Positions 35,533-47,000 of a stretch of 64,000 nt of DNA are shown one piece after another; the first letter of the stretch is position 1, and every line of letters begins with the position of its first letter. The notes under the pieces were generated by a model that made no database searches, was not told the origin of the DNA, and worked only from the letters and a program-made list of their open reading frames with translations. The DNA is from an uncultured delta proteobacterium. GTDB lineage: Bacteria; Myxococcota; Myxococcia; Myxococcales; 40CM-4-68-19. The position numbers and the translations under genes were made by a program. Where the stretch lies: positions 642 through 64,641 of the forward strand of contig CAIWCD010000003.1 of the NCBI GenBank assembly GCA_903911145.1, read 5' to 3'.

Positions 35533-37224
35533 ATGCGCGGAAAGCCGCTCTCAACACGAATCGCGATCTTCTCCGCGCTGCTCGTGCTCCATTCGCTCGC
35601 CGCGACCCGCTTCTGGGGCGAGCTGCGCCAGCTCTTCGACGGACGCTCCTTCGCGCAGCGGCTCACGGACGACGCGTTTCACGGCCTGCCGATCTCGGAG
35701 GCGGCGCTGTCGCTCGATGCGGCGATGCCGGCGGACCGCCCGGTGCGCCTCTCTCCGGAGTTGGCGCAGGATGATTTCGCACTCCAGCGAATCACGGAGG
35801 CGCTCTATCCGCGGCCGATCGATCCCGCCGCCATCGATGTGGTGGGCTTCACTCCCGCCCATCGCGTGGTGCTCGACAGCGTGGTTCTCCCTCGGCTCAC
35901 CGCCGCGCAGCTTGCCGACGGCGATTCCCGCGTCGCTCTCCATCCCGTGCAGATGCTTCTCTCGTTTCTCGGTGCGCTTGGTCTCGGACTGTCGCTCCTG
36001 CTGGCGGCGTCGCGGCTGCTTCCCTCTTTGCGCAGCAGCTCCCCCGGAATGATCGCAGCGCTCTCGACGATCCTCGGCGCGACCGTGGTGGGCGCGGCCG
36101 GGATGCTCGCCAGCTGGCTGCAGCTCCCTCTGCTGGCGTGGCCGCTGCGCGCGGTCGGAGTCGCGCTCTTGCCGTTTTCGCTCGCAGCCTGCGTGGCGAC
36201 GAGGCTGATTCGACGGCCCACACGTGCGCCCACGCCCGAGTCGCTCGGCCTGGCGCTGTTGCTTGCGGCGATGCTCGTGCGCACACTCGCGCTGCCAATC
36301 TCCCTCTGGGACGGCCGCTCGATCTGGCTGCTGCATGCCCACCAGCTCTTCGCGCACGGGATGATGCCGCTCGGCGAACTGACGCGCGCGCCGCTGGTCT
36401 GGTCGCATCCCGACTATCCGCTCCTCGACTCCTCGTGGCTCGCCTTCTTCTCGCTGGGCAGCGGCCTGTTCAACGAGCGGATGGCGGCGGTTGGGATCGT
36501 CGCGCTCTGGTCCGCGCTGCTCGCGCTGGTCTGGAAGCTTTCGCGGGCGCGGCTCGGGCGCTGGCCGGGAGCGGCGCTGACGTTCGCGATCTTCCTGCAG
36601 CTCGAGTGGTGCACGGCGGGCGCATATGTCGACGGGCTGCTCGCGACCAGCCTGACGATCATGCTGCTCGCGCTGGCGAACGACGAGTCGGCACCGATCG
36701 GTTGGCTCGCCGCACTGCTGGCGTCGAATCTGAAAGCCGAGGGTCTGCTGCTCGCGCTACTCGTGGCGGGCGCAAGCGCGCTCGTCCGCCGCCCGCGCAG
36801 GTTTGCGGGATTCGCGGTCTTCCTCCCCGCGCTCATTCACACCGCGTGGGTCCACGCATCCGGCGTCGATTCAATCCGGGAACACGGCACGGTTGCGCTC
36901 GGTGAACTGCCCGCGCGCTTCAACGCAATCTTCGCCGCGCTCCCGGTGTTGATCGAGCCAGGATACGTCGGCGTGCGCGGATTGCTCTGGGATGGAATTG
37001 CCGCGTCGATGCTCATCGTCGCCGCCGCCGCTCGACGCAAGCTCATCCCCGGCATCGGCACATACTCCGCGGCCGCGCTGCTCGCGGTCTGCTTCGCGTT
37101 CGGCTCCATCGCAATGTTGCCGAGAGACCCGACCTGGTTCGTGAACGTCACGCTCGATCGGCTGCTGATCCATCCCGCGCTGCTCTTGCTGTTGCTCGGG
37201 CTGGGCGCGGAAGAGGCGAGTTGA
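35533..37224 (+). CDS. polytopic integral membrane protein (563 aa, >10 TM), possibly glycosyltransferase-like (speculative)
   Basis: The ATG at 35533 lies 3 nt after the previous stop. The product is very hydrophobic, with a periplasmic loop near the N-terminus. Confidence 0.65.
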   Translation: MRGKPLSTRIAIFSALLVLHSLAATRFWGELRQLFDGRSFAQRLTDDAFHGLPISEAALSLDAAMPADRPVRLSPELAQDDFALQRITEALYPRPIDPAAIDVVGFTPAHRVVLDSVVLPRLTAAQLADGDSRVALHPVQMLLSFLGALGLGLSLLLAASRLLPSLRSSSPGMIAALSTILGATVVGAAGMLASWLQLPLLAWPLRAVGVALLPFSLAACVATRLIRRPTRAPTPESLGLALLLAAMLVRTLALPISLWDGRSIWLLHAHQLFAHGMMPLGELTRAPLVWSHPDYPLLDSSWLAFFSLGSGLFNERMAAVGIVALWSALLALVWKLSRARLGRWPGAALTFAIFLQLEWCTAGAYVDGLLATSLTIMLLALANDESAPIGWLAALLASNLKAEGLLLALLVAGASALVRRPRRFAGFAVFLPALIHTAWVHASGVDSIREHGTVALGELPARFNAIFAALPVLIEPGYVGVRGLLWDGIAASMLIVAAAARRKLIPGIGTYSAAALLAVCFAFGSIAMLPRDPTWFVNVTLDRLLIHPALLLLLLGLGAEEAS

Positions 37225-37440
37225 GGCAGGCGCGCCCGCGATCCGTGCCATCGGCCGGCGGCCCCCCGAAAATAAAGATGTGATGCGCCGTGACGGATTC
37301 GCCAGGCAACCCCAAACACTGTCGTGGGCTCAGCACCGACCGACTCCGCGCAGGGAATGCCACCTCGGCGGTATGACTGGGCCTTCCAATCTCACGTCGC
37401 GGAACAGAACCAACCATCCTGATCGTCAACGAGGGAAACG

Positions 37441-40400
37441 ATGACATCGAGCCAGGACACCGAGGGAGCCTCTGCGGCCGACGACAACCGCGCAGCCAGG
37501 CGGCCGCGGATGGTCGCTCTCACGCGCAGCGCGATTGTCCTTCTATCGCTTGTCACATTGGCGGGATGCAATGGCTGCGGCAAGAACCGCCTCGCCAATC
37601 TTCCCGCGCCGGTGATCCTCGCGTGCACGCCGGAGAGAGGCGTGGTTGGAACGGTGGTCACCTGCACGGGCAACTATCTCCTCAACCCGATCGCGGTGAC
37701 GTTCAATGGGGTATCAGCAACGCAGTTTTCCGGAGACGCGCAAGGGATCCAGTTCACTGCAACGGTCCCCGTCAGCGCAACCACCGGACTCATTCATCTG
37801 ACGACAGATCACGGCACCGCAGACTCCCCTGCTCCTTTTGTAGTCATCGGCCCCCCAGCTCAGTTGGCTTTCGTCCAGCAACCGTCGGATGCCGGCTCCG
37901 GGGTCCCATTCAACCCCGCCGTATCGGTCGCGGTTGAAGATGATGCTGGATATATCGTTCCAAATGCCACCAATGAAATCTCCCTCACGTCGAACGCCGG
38001 GACGCTGAGCCAGGCGGGGATGGACGGGGGAACCGTCGATGGCGGCGTGACGACGTTTAATGCCCTCGCGCTCAACGCGATCGCGGACGGCGGATATATC
38101 CTCACCGCGACGTCGCCCAGCGGGAACATTGCACCGGCAAAGAGCGCGCCCTTCTCAATCGATACAGGCCCGGCTTATCAACTCGTCTTCGTGCAACAAC
38201 CCACAGACCTCCGCTCGGGAGACCCCTTTTCGCCAACCGTCAGCGTTGCGGTCGTCGACAGCGGCCGCAATATCGTTCCAACCGGGACCATCCAGATCAG
38301 CCTGGGCCTGTCACCGAATACGGGGCTGTTGGCGCAGACCAACGGCCAGTCACCAGTCATCGTCAATACGCTCTCGGGGGTCGCGACATTTACGGGAGTC
38401 ACGGCGACCGCCATCGCGAATAGCGGATATACGCTGACGGCAACAGCGGTCGGCACGACCTTGCTCGAAGCGACCAGCCAGCCGTTCGCGATTGCGCCCG
38501 GAGAGCCGACCCAACTCTTCTTTTCCGGGCCGCCCTCCGATACCCAGTCGGGCCATGGAATGGTGCCCATCGTCGTTGTCAGCATCGAAGATTCGGCTGG
38601 CAATATCGTACCGACAAGCAACACCATTACATTAACCCCCGAGCCACATTTCCTCGGCGGAACTGTTCTGCCGAGCCTCAACAACGTCGAAGCTCCGGTC
38701 AACAACAGCGGCATCGCGAGCTTTCCGGGATTAACGCTGGCGGGGACGGTCGGGCAGTACACATTGATTGCAACGAGCGGGCCCCTGACAGGAACAAGCA
38801 CGCCGTTCGCCATCACGGCGGGAGACGCAGCTCAGTTCTCCTTCTCTGTTGAGCCCGCCAATTCAGCCTCGGGGCAGGTGGTCGGAGGCCCCGTCACCAT
38901 CGTGGCCGAGGATACGGCAGGAAATCTGGCGACCTCGTTTACCGACAGCGTGACGGTTGCGCTGGCGTCCAACTCGCCGATGGGAACACTCTCAAACACG
39001 TCGGCAACGAGCGTATCTGGACGCGCCACGTTCGACACGCTCTCTCTCGTCGCGCAGCCTGCGAGCAACTACGCCCTCGTGGCCTTCGCCCCCACGAACA
39101 GCGCGATCCCAGAAGCCAATAGCACCACGTTCGCGATCTCCGCCGGAACGGCGACCCAGCTCGTCTTTATCGTGCCGCCGCCGCAATGGCCCAACACCGT
39201 TCAGTCCGGAGTCGCGATCGGCAATCCCGCAGTCGCGGTGCAGTTCGAAGATGCGAGCGGCAATCCTGTCTATTACAACGGCTCGTCGGTCGTCCTCACT
39301 CTGACGAGCGCCGCCGGAACCGCTCAGAGCACCGGCTCGTTGATAACCCCGACGATCGGCTGCGGCGCCTCCTGCTTGTCGGCCGGCGGCGTCGCGACGT
39401 TTAATGGACTCACGGTCTCCGCATTGGCGGGCACCTATACGTTAACGGCGACCGCGATGATCAATGGGAACCCGCTGACCGTCACCTCCATGCAATTCAC
39501 GGTGGTTCCCGGCCTCGCGAGCAAGCTCGCGTTCGCACCGGCAACAACGCTCAACGCGCACTCCGGGATTGCGATGGGGCAACTGGCCGTCAATGTCGAA
39601 GACTTCGCAGGCAACGTCGTCACGACATCAACTGCGGCGGTCACATTAAGCGCCCCCCCTGGCTCAATCTCGGGTGCTTCCGCGTCGGCAACCAGTGGCG
39701 TCGCAAGATTGAATCCGACATTAACCGGGTCGGCGAGCGCGTCGCCCTACACCTTAATCGCCGCCAGTTCGGGACTGACTTCGGCGACGCGACAGGTGAA
39801 TCTCTCGTATGGCAATGCAAGCAGGTTGGCCATTATCTCCACGACCCCGATCAGCGCGCAGTCAGGCTTGTCGATGCCCACGGTTACTGTGGCAGTGGAG
39901 GATTCGGCCAACAATATCGTCAGCTCGCCGAGTTATCAGATCTCGCTCGCCGTCTCTGGCGCGATTGCCTTTGCTGGCGGCGCGGCGCAGGCCACCGACA
40001 ACAGCGGCACCGCATCGTTTAATCCGACGCTGACGGGCCTCGTCTCGCTCTCCCCCTTTACGCTGACCGCCTCGAGCAGCGCGACCAATCCGTCACTGAC
40101 ACCAGCGACCGCGCAGATTAACCTGAGCGCAGGAGCGCCGCTCCAGCTCGCGTTCGCGGAGGCAACAACGCTCAACGCGCGCTCAGGGATTGCGATGGGG
40201 CCACTGGCCGTCAATGTCGAAGACTCCGCAGGCAACGTCGTCACGACGTCATCTGCGGCGATCACATTAAGCGCACCCCCTGGCTCAGTCTCGAGCGCTT
40301 CCGCGTCAGCAACCAGTGGCGTCGCAACGTTGAATCCGACATTAACCGGATCGGCGAGCGCATCGCCCTATACCTTAATCGCCGCGAGCTCGGGACTCAC

Positions 40401-43400
40401 TTCGGCCACGCGGCAGGTGAATCTCTCGTATGGCAATGCAAGCAAGTTGGCCATTACCTCCACGACCCCGATCAGCGCGCAGTCAGGCCTGTCGATGCCC
40501 GCGGTTAATGTGGCAGTGGAGGATTCGGCCAACAATATCGTCAGCTCGCCGAGTTATCAGATCTCGCTTGCCGTCTCTGGGGCGACTGCATTCACGGGCG
40601 GAGACATATCGGGAACCGACAGCCACGGAATCGCCACCTTTCTTACACCGACCCTGACCGGCCTGGTTGCCAACTCCCCCTTTACGCTGACCGCTTCGAG
40701 CAGCGCGACCAATCCGTCACTGACACCAGCGACCGCGCAGATTAACCTGAGCGCAGGAACGCCGAGCCAGCTCGCCTTTGCACCGGCGACGATGCTCAGC
40801 GAGCACTCTGGCATTGCAATGGCCCAGGTGAAGGTCGATGTCGAGGACTCAGCAGGCAACGTCGTCACGACGTCGTCAGCGGCAATTACATTAAGCGCGA
40901 ACGCTGGCGCGTTGACGGGCACTTCGGCGTCAGCAACGAATGGCGTCGCGTCGTTGAATCCGACATTAACCGGGTCGGCGAGCGCGTCGCCCTATACGCT
41001 GACTGCCGCAAGCTCGGGCCTCACGTCGGCGACAAGGCAGGTGACTCTCTCGTATGGCAATGCAAGCAAGTTGGCCATTACCTCCTCGACCCCGATCAGC
41101 GCGCAGTCAGGCCTGCCGATGCCCGCGGTGACCGTGGCGGTGGAGGACTCTGCCAACAATATCGTCAGCTCGCCGAGTTATCAGATCTCGCTCGCCGTCT
41201 CTGGCGCGATTGCCTTTGCTGGTGGCGCGGCGCAGGCGACCGACAACAGCGGCACCGCATCGTTTAATCCGACGCTGACGGGCCTCGTCACGCTCTCCCC
41301 CTTTACGCTGACCGCCACGAGCAGCGCGACCAACCCGTCACTGACACCAGCGACCGCGCAGATTAACCTGAGCGCAGGAACGCCGAGCCAACTCGGAGTG
41401 ACCATCCAGCCCGCGACGCCAACGGCCGGAGTTGCCTTCACCGTCACGGTCGCCGTCGAAGACGCCAGCGGAAACGTCGTGACCAACAGTCCTCCCGCGG
41501 TCACGATCATGCTTGGCCAGAACGGGGGAGCGGGAATTCTCTCTGGAACAGGGAGTCCGTCAGTCAATGCCGGTATCACGACCTTTGCAAATGTCATCCT
41601 CGACAGATCCGGCTGCGGGTACTCCATCAATGCAGCGACCGCCTCCCCTCTATTAAGCGGCACATCTCCACTCTTCGACGTGGCCCCCGGTCCGCTCGCG
41701 ACCAACGGAACGACGGGAGTGCTCACGCAGGGCTCGAGCGGCGATTACACCTGCGCTGTCGCAAACGGCGGCGCCTGGTGCTGGGGCGACAACAGCCAGG
41801 GCCAACTCGGCAACAACACCACGGTCTCCTGCTCTCTCCCTGTTCACGTCGTCGGCCTGCCAGCCGGCGTTCAATCGATTGCCGCGGGATATGAGCATAC
41901 CTGCGCGGTCGCGAACGGGGACGTGTTCTGCTGGGGCGCCGGAATCAGCGGCGGCCTCGGGAATAGCTCCTTCACCGGCAGCAACGTTGCCGTCCCCGTA
42001 TCGGGCATTGCGGGCGGTGCCTCTTCCGTGTCAGCGGGCGGCGCGGGCAATTCCTCAACGTGCGCGATCATCAACGGCGGAGTGCAATGCTGGGGCGCCT
42101 TCGACGACGGCGGCACCGCCTCGGCACACTCCGGATATATCGAAGCCGACGCGCTCGTTCCGCAAGGTATCGCCGGGCTTGGCAGCGGAGTCCAGGCAAT
42201 CGCCGTCGGAGGAACCCACTCCTGCGCGTTAATCAATGGAGGGGTTGAATGCTGGGGTGACAACACCTACGACGCACTCGGCAGCAACAACGACGCTGCC
42301 AACGGCTCTGCCTGGAGCAGCTCCACTCCCGTGCCCGTCTATGGTCTCAGCGCCGGCGTACAAGCGATCACTTCTGGCGCCGACCAGTCGTGCGCCCTCG
42401 TGAATGGCGGCGTGCAGTGCTGGGGATATAACGCTGACGGAGAGCTGGGAGATAACTTCACGACGCCTTCGCTCATTCCGGTGCCGGTCGGCGGACTCTC
42501 CGGCGGCGTGCAGGCAATCGCGGCCGGCGGACACCAGACCTGCGCGCTCATCAACGGCGGCGTTCAATGCTGGGGAAGCAGTGCCAGCGGCCAATTAGGG
42601 ACCGGCGCGATCCTGAGTGTCTGCGGCATGGATATCCATCCCTGCTCGCTCGTGCCCGTTTCCGTTCCCGGCATGACCTCCGGCGTGCAGGCAATCAGTG
42701 GCGGGGATAGTTCGGTCTGCGCGCTCGTCAATGATGGCGTTCAGTGCTGGGGCGATAATTCGTTCGGGGAACTGGGTAATCACTCAGACGCAGGCAGTCC
42801 GACGCCAGTGCAAGCCCAATCGATCACGCGCGGGATCGCTGGTATGTCGTTGGGAAGCAAGGGGACGTGCGCGATGGTCAATGGCGGCGTGAAGTGCTGG
42901 GGCTATGGCGCCGACGGAGAGCTCGGAAATGGAGCAGTCGCGGGCAGTGCAACGGCGGTGCAGGTTCAGGGGCTCGCCAGCGGAGTCCAAAGCATTGTCA
43001 GCAATCTGGACCACACCTGCGCGCTGGTGGGCGGCGGGGTCTGGTGCTGGGGCGGGAACAAGTATGGCAATACCATCGTCGGGGAAACGGCGCCGATTGA
43101 CGCAGGTATGAGCGACGTCCCGCACCCGATTCCGGGCCTCGGCAGCGGAGTTCAAGCAATCGCAACTGGGGCCTACGATAGCTGTGCCATCGTGAACGGT
43201 GCGATTGATTGCTGGGGATACAACAGCGGATATGGCCTCCTCGGAACAGGCGTCTCTGGGACAATCGTAGGCTCCTCATCGCCTGCCCTGATCAACGGAT
43301 TGGACGCGGGCGCTCAGGCTGTCGCAGTCGGTGGCTTTCAGGCATGTGCGCTCGTCAACGGCGGCGTCGATTGCTGGGGCGGAAACGCGTCAGGTCAGCT

Positions 43401-44004
43401 CGGATATAATTCGCCGAGCTATGCCTCGAGCACGCCCCACCCGGTCGCCGGTCTCGATGCAGGGGTCCAGGCGATCGCCACCGAAGGGGAGACCAGTTGC
43501 GCGCTCGCGAACGGCGGCGTCTACTGCTGGGGCAGCAACATATACGGTCAGCTGGGGAATAATTCGATCTATGTCAATCCCTTCGATGGTGGGTCGACAT
43601 ATCCCGGCAACTACAATTTGAATGTGCCCGCCCCGTCGCAGGTCTATCCGGCAGATGCTGGTGTCTCGGCGATTGCCGCGGGCGTGGCATTCGCCTGCGC
43701 GCTCATCAATGGCGGCGTGCAGTGCTGGGGCGAAAACGAATCGGGTGAATTGGGGATCCCACTCGACGCTGGTGTCGCGAATTGCAGCGGATCGCCGTGC
43801 AGCCCAGTGCCGGTCAGCGTGACCAATCTCGGACCCGGCGCTGGCGTGCAGGCGATCTATGCGGGCAGCGCGCATGCCTGCGCGCTGGTGAATGGCCAGC
43901 TCTTCTGCTGGGGTGCGAATCAGTCGAACGAGCTCGGCAACAACGGCGCAACAAACAACGGCTATAGCGCTATTCCGGTGCCGGTGAATGCGCTCACCTA
44001 TTAA
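37441..44004 (+). CDS. giant surface (lipo)protein (~2187 aa): IPT/TIG + tandem Ig-like repeats + C-terminal 7-bladed RCC1-repeat beta-propeller
   Basis: A signal/lipobox LVTLAGC is present. Repeated ~100-aa beta domains include three near-identical 207-aa copies. The C-terminus carries repeated CAL(V/I)NGGVxCWGxNxxGQLG RCC1 motifs. An alternative start lies at 37510. Confidence 0.9.
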   Translation: MTSSQDTEGASAADDNRAARRPRMVALTRSAIVLLSLVTLAGCNGCGKNRLANLPAPVILACTPERGVVGTVVTCTGNYLLNPIAVTFNGVSATQFSGDAQGIQFTATVPVSATTGLIHLTTDHGTADSPAPFVVIGPPAQLAFVQQPSDAGSGVPFNPAVSVAVEDDAGYIVPNATNEISLTSNAGTLSQAGMDGGTVDGGVTTFNALALNAIADGGYILTATSPSGNIAPAKSAPFSIDTGPAYQLVFVQQPTDLRSGDPFSPTVSVAVVDSGRNIVPTGTIQISLGLSPNTGLLAQTNGQSPVIVNTLSGVATFTGVTATAIANSGYTLTATAVGTTLLEATSQPFAIAPGEPTQLFFSGPPSDTQSGHGMVPIVVVSIEDSAGNIVPTSNTITLTPEPHFLGGTVLPSLNNVEAPVNNSGIASFPGLTLAGTVGQYTLIATSGPLTGTSTPFAITAGDAAQFSFSVEPANSASGQVVGGPVTIVAEDTAGNLATSFTDSVTVALASNSPMGTLSNTSATSVSGRATFDTLSLVAQPASNYALVAFAPTNSAIPEANSTTFAISAGTATQLVFIVPPPQWPNTVQSGVAIGNPAVAVQFEDASGNPVYYNGSSVVLTLTSAAGTAQSTGSLITPTIGCGASCLSAGGVATFNGLTVSALAGTYTLTATAMINGNPLTVTSMQFTVVPGLASKLAFAPATTLNAHSGIAMGQLAVNVEDFAGNVVTTSTAAVTLSAPPGSISGASASATSGVARLNPTLTGSASASPYTLIAASSGLTSATRQVNLSYGNASRLAIISTTPISAQSGLSMPTVTVAVEDSANNIVSSPSYQISLAVSGAIAFAGGAAQATDNSGTASFNPTLTGLVSLSPFTLTASSSATNPSLTPATAQINLSAGAPLQLAFAEATTLNARSGIAMGPLAVNVEDSAGNVVTTSSAAITLSAPPGSVSSASASATSGVATLNPTLTGSASASPYTLIAASSGLTSATRQVNLSYGNASKLAITSTTPISAQSGLSMPAVNVAVEDSANNIVSSPSYQISLAVSGATAFTGGDISGTDSHGIATFLTPTLTGLVANSPFTLTASSSATNPSLTPATAQINLSAGTPSQLAFAPATMLSEHSGIAMAQVKVDVEDSAGNVVTTSSAAITLSANAGALTGTSASATNGVASLNPTLTGSASASPYTLTAASSGLTSATRQVTLSYGNASKLAITSSTPISAQSGLPMPAVTVAVEDSANNIVSSPSYQISLAVSGAIAFAGGAAQATDNSGTASFNPTLTGLVTLSPFTLTATSSATNPSLTPATAQINLSAGTPSQLGVTIQPATPTAGVAFTVTVAVEDASGNVVTNSPPAVTIMLGQNGGAGILSGTGSPSVNAGITTFANVILDRSGCGYSINAATASPLLSGTSPLFDVAPGPLATNGTTGVLTQGSSGDYTCAVANGGAWCWGDNSQGQLGNNTTVSCSLPVHVVGLPAGVQSIAAGYEHTCAVANGDVFCWGAGISGGLGNSSFTGSNVAVPVSGIAGGASSVSAGGAGNSSTCAIINGGVQCWGAFDDGGTASAHSGYIEADALVPQGIAGLGSGVQAIAVGGTHSCALINGGVECWGDNTYDALGSNNDAANGSAWSSSTPVPVYGLSAGVQAITSGADQSCALVNGGVQCWGYNADGELGDNFTTPSLIPVPVGGLSGGVQAIAAGGHQTCALINGGVQCWGSSASGQLGTGAILSVCGMDIHPCSLVPVSVPGMTSGVQAISGGDSSVCALVNDGVQCWGDNSFGELGNHSDAGSPTPVQAQSITRGIAGMSLGSKGTCAMVNGGVKCWGYGADGELGNGAVAGSATAVQVQGLASGVQSIVSNLDHTCALVGGGVWCWGGNKYGNTIVGETAPIDAGMSDVPHPIPGLGSGVQAIATGAYDSCAIVNGAIDCWGYNSGYGLLGTGVSGTIVGSSSPALINGLDAGAQAVAVGGFQACALVNGGVDCWGGNASGQLGYNSPSYASSTPHPVAGLDAGVQAIATEGETSCALANGGVYCWGSNIYGQLGNNSIYVNPFDGGSTYPGNYNLNVPAPSQVYPADAGVSAIAAGVAFACALINGGVQCWGENESGELGIPLDAGVANCSGSPCSPVPVSVTNLGPGAGVQAIYAGSAHACALVNGQLFCWGANQSNELGNNGATNNGYSAIPVPVNALTY
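39520..41385. repeat. three tandem near-identical 621-bp repeats inside the RCC1 giant gene
   Basis: The period is 621 bp (starts at about 39520, 40141 and 40762). Identity is above 90%. Each copy encodes one double Ig-like module (PSLTPATAQINLSAG...QISLAVSGA). Confidence 0.85.
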
Positions 44005-44080
44005 CCGCGCCGGATCCCAATACAACACGATCAAGAGCGGCGTTGGCGTGGCTCCAACTCCATTGACGAGGCGAACCACC

Positions 44081-47000
44081 ATGCGTGATGCATTCGAACT
44101 GCCCGTATTGAACGCTGCACCATCAATGCGGTGCATCCACTTCGCGCCCGCCGCAATCGCCGCCGCGCTGATTTCCGCGCTCGCGGGCTGCCACGGCCCT
44201 GGAGCAATCAACGGGGAGCCACCGACGATCAGCAGCGTCACCCCCGCAAGCGGCCTCACTGGCGCCGCCGTGACGATCGCGGGCGCACATCTGGACAGCG
44301 CGACGGTTGTATTTGGTGCAACCCCCGCGGTGATTAACGCGGATACCAGCGCCCAGATCACCACGAACGTTCCGGTCGGCGCTGCGCCCGGTCCCGAGCT
44401 CATCACGATAACGACGCCGCACGGGTCAGCGACCGCGTCATTCACGGTGATCGCGCAGCCCGCGCCCATGACCATCGCCCTCCATTCCGGCGACGGCCAG
44501 ACCGGTCTGGTTGGTATGCCGTTGAACTCGCCGCTCAGCGTCCTGGTGACCGATTCGCAGCAGCACGGGATGAGCGGAGTGAGCGTTGCGTGGGCCACCG
44601 CCGCGGGAGGGAGCAGCGACGGCGACAGCGGCGCGAGCGTCTCGCAATCGACGAGCGTGACCGGCGCGGATGGTATCGCGTCCATATCAGCGACGCTCGG
44701 CCCCCGCGGCGGAACCAACGAGTTCACGGCGACGATCAGCGGCGCGACCGGCTCTCCGGTCCGCTTCTCCGCGCGGGCCGCGGTCGGGATGACGCTCGTA
44801 TCCGGCAATGCGCAGACGGGTGTCGTCGGCAATCCGCTCTCTGCGCCGCTCAAGGTGCTCGTCGTTGATGACAACCAGCTTGGCGTCGCGGGAATCGCCG
44901 TGAACTGGGCGACGACCGGCGGAACCTTTGGCGCCTCGAGCAGCACCGCAGCAAGCATTTCGGACGCAAATGGATTTGCAACTCCTCCGTCGCTCGCGTC
45001 GCTCGGTATGTCCGGAGGTATCGACTCATATACGGCGTCATTCACCGATTCACCGACGTTATCGCCCATCACGTTCACTGCGCAGGCCGCCGCCGCGCTC
45101 GCGATCAATGCGGGGAATGGGCAGGTTGGAATCGTCGGAGCGCCCCTGGCGCAACCGCTCAGCGTCTTCATCAGCGATGGCAATGCAAATGGAATCTCCG
45201 GGATTCAAGTCAATTGGACCGCTGCGGGCGGCGGCCTCGGCCTTCCCGGCTCCTCGAGCGCTTCCGCGAGCAGCGTCAGCGATATCAACGGAATTGCTTC
45301 AACTCCTGCGATCCTCGGAGCCATCGCGACCACCGATACCTTCACGGCGACCGTCGATGGCCTCAGCGGGTCGCCCGCGATCTTCACCGCGAGCGCTGCT
45401 GGCGCGGTCCGGATGAGCAGCGGCGACCAGCAGACCGGCGTCGCCGGGCAGGCGCTCGCGAATCTTCTCGCCGTTCAGGTGGTCGATAGCAACGATGCCG
45501 GAATATCCGGCATTGCCGTCAACTGGGCGATTGGCGCAGCCGACGCGGGGGCCGCAGGATTGGGCGACACCACGGGCGCCATCGATCCCACGCCGAGCGT
45601 GACGAACTACGATGGGATTGCCTCAGTCGCAGCGACACTGGGCGCACGCGGCGGTCCGAACTACTTCACCGCGAGCGTTGCAGGATTAACCAGCTCGCCC
45701 GTTGTCTTTAATGCCGAGGCCGCGTCTGGAGTCTCGCTGATCTCCGGCAATGCACAGACAGGCTGGGCCGGGGAACCGCTGGCCAATCCGCTCGTGGCGC
45801 AGGCGGTCGATAACAACGACGCAGGGGTCGCGGGGATTGTCGTGAACTGGCTCGTCGCGGACGCAGGCGATCAAACGGCCACTGTCGATTCAATCACGAA
45901 TACAACCAGCGTGACGACGGCAGGTGATGGCACGACGTCGATCAATCCGACGCTCGGCGCGGTGGGGGGCGCGAATCTCTATATCGCCATGATTCCCGGC
46001 CTCGCTTCGTCGGTGCGCTTCTCCGCACAGGCTGCGACAGCGATCATCGCGGACGACGGCGGCGCGCAGACCGCCATCTCCGGCGCGCCGCTTGCTCAAG
46101 CGCTCGTCGTGCGCGTGGTCGATAACCTCGATGCAGGCGTTGCGGGGATTCCGATCAACTGGTCGACGAGCGGAAACAAGTTCGGCATCGCCATTACTCC
46201 CGCGGCCAACACCACCGATTCCACCGGAACAGCGATAGCGCAGGCCACGCTCGGCGCCGGCGGCGGCACGGATACCTTCACGGCCACGGTCGCAACGCAG
46301 CCCAATCCGGCAGTCACGTTCGGCGCGCTCGCGGCCGGCGCGATCATGATCAGTCCAATCGATGGCGGTAATGCGCAGAACGCGGATGCAGGCGCGCAAC
46401 TGCCGCGGCCCCTCGTGGCACTGGTCACGGACGGAACGGTATTGAGCGATGGCGGATATATCCCTGTATCCGGAATCACCGTGAATTGGACGGCGACCGG
46501 AGGCGGCCCCGGCGTCGCTGTCAATCCCGCGACGGTGGTCACTGGCGCAGATGGCCTCGCGCAGACGACCGCGACGCTCGGCGCCACCGGCGGAACCAAT
46601 ACGTTCAAGGCCTCGCTCGCCGGTATACCCGGCGTCGCTTCATATACAGCCACCGCGAACGGCGGAACCTGTCCCGCATCGGCGACACCGACGATCAACC
46701 AGTTCACGCCAACCGACGGCGGCGTGGGCACGGTCGTGACGATCCAGGGCAATAACCTCTGCTCGACGACAGGGGTCTTCTTCTCCAACAACGCCGCCGC
46801 GGTCTTCACTCCAACAGGCTCCCCGACCGCGCTGGTGGCCGTTCTCCCGGCGCAGGCCGTCACCGGTCCAATCAAGGTTGTCACCACCGGCGGAACCGTG
46901 ATCTCCGCCAACCCCTTCACCGTGATTGCCGTGCCGACCATCAGCAGCGTGGCTCCAGTCAACGGCGCCGGCGTCGGCGTGACCGTCACCATCAAGGGAA

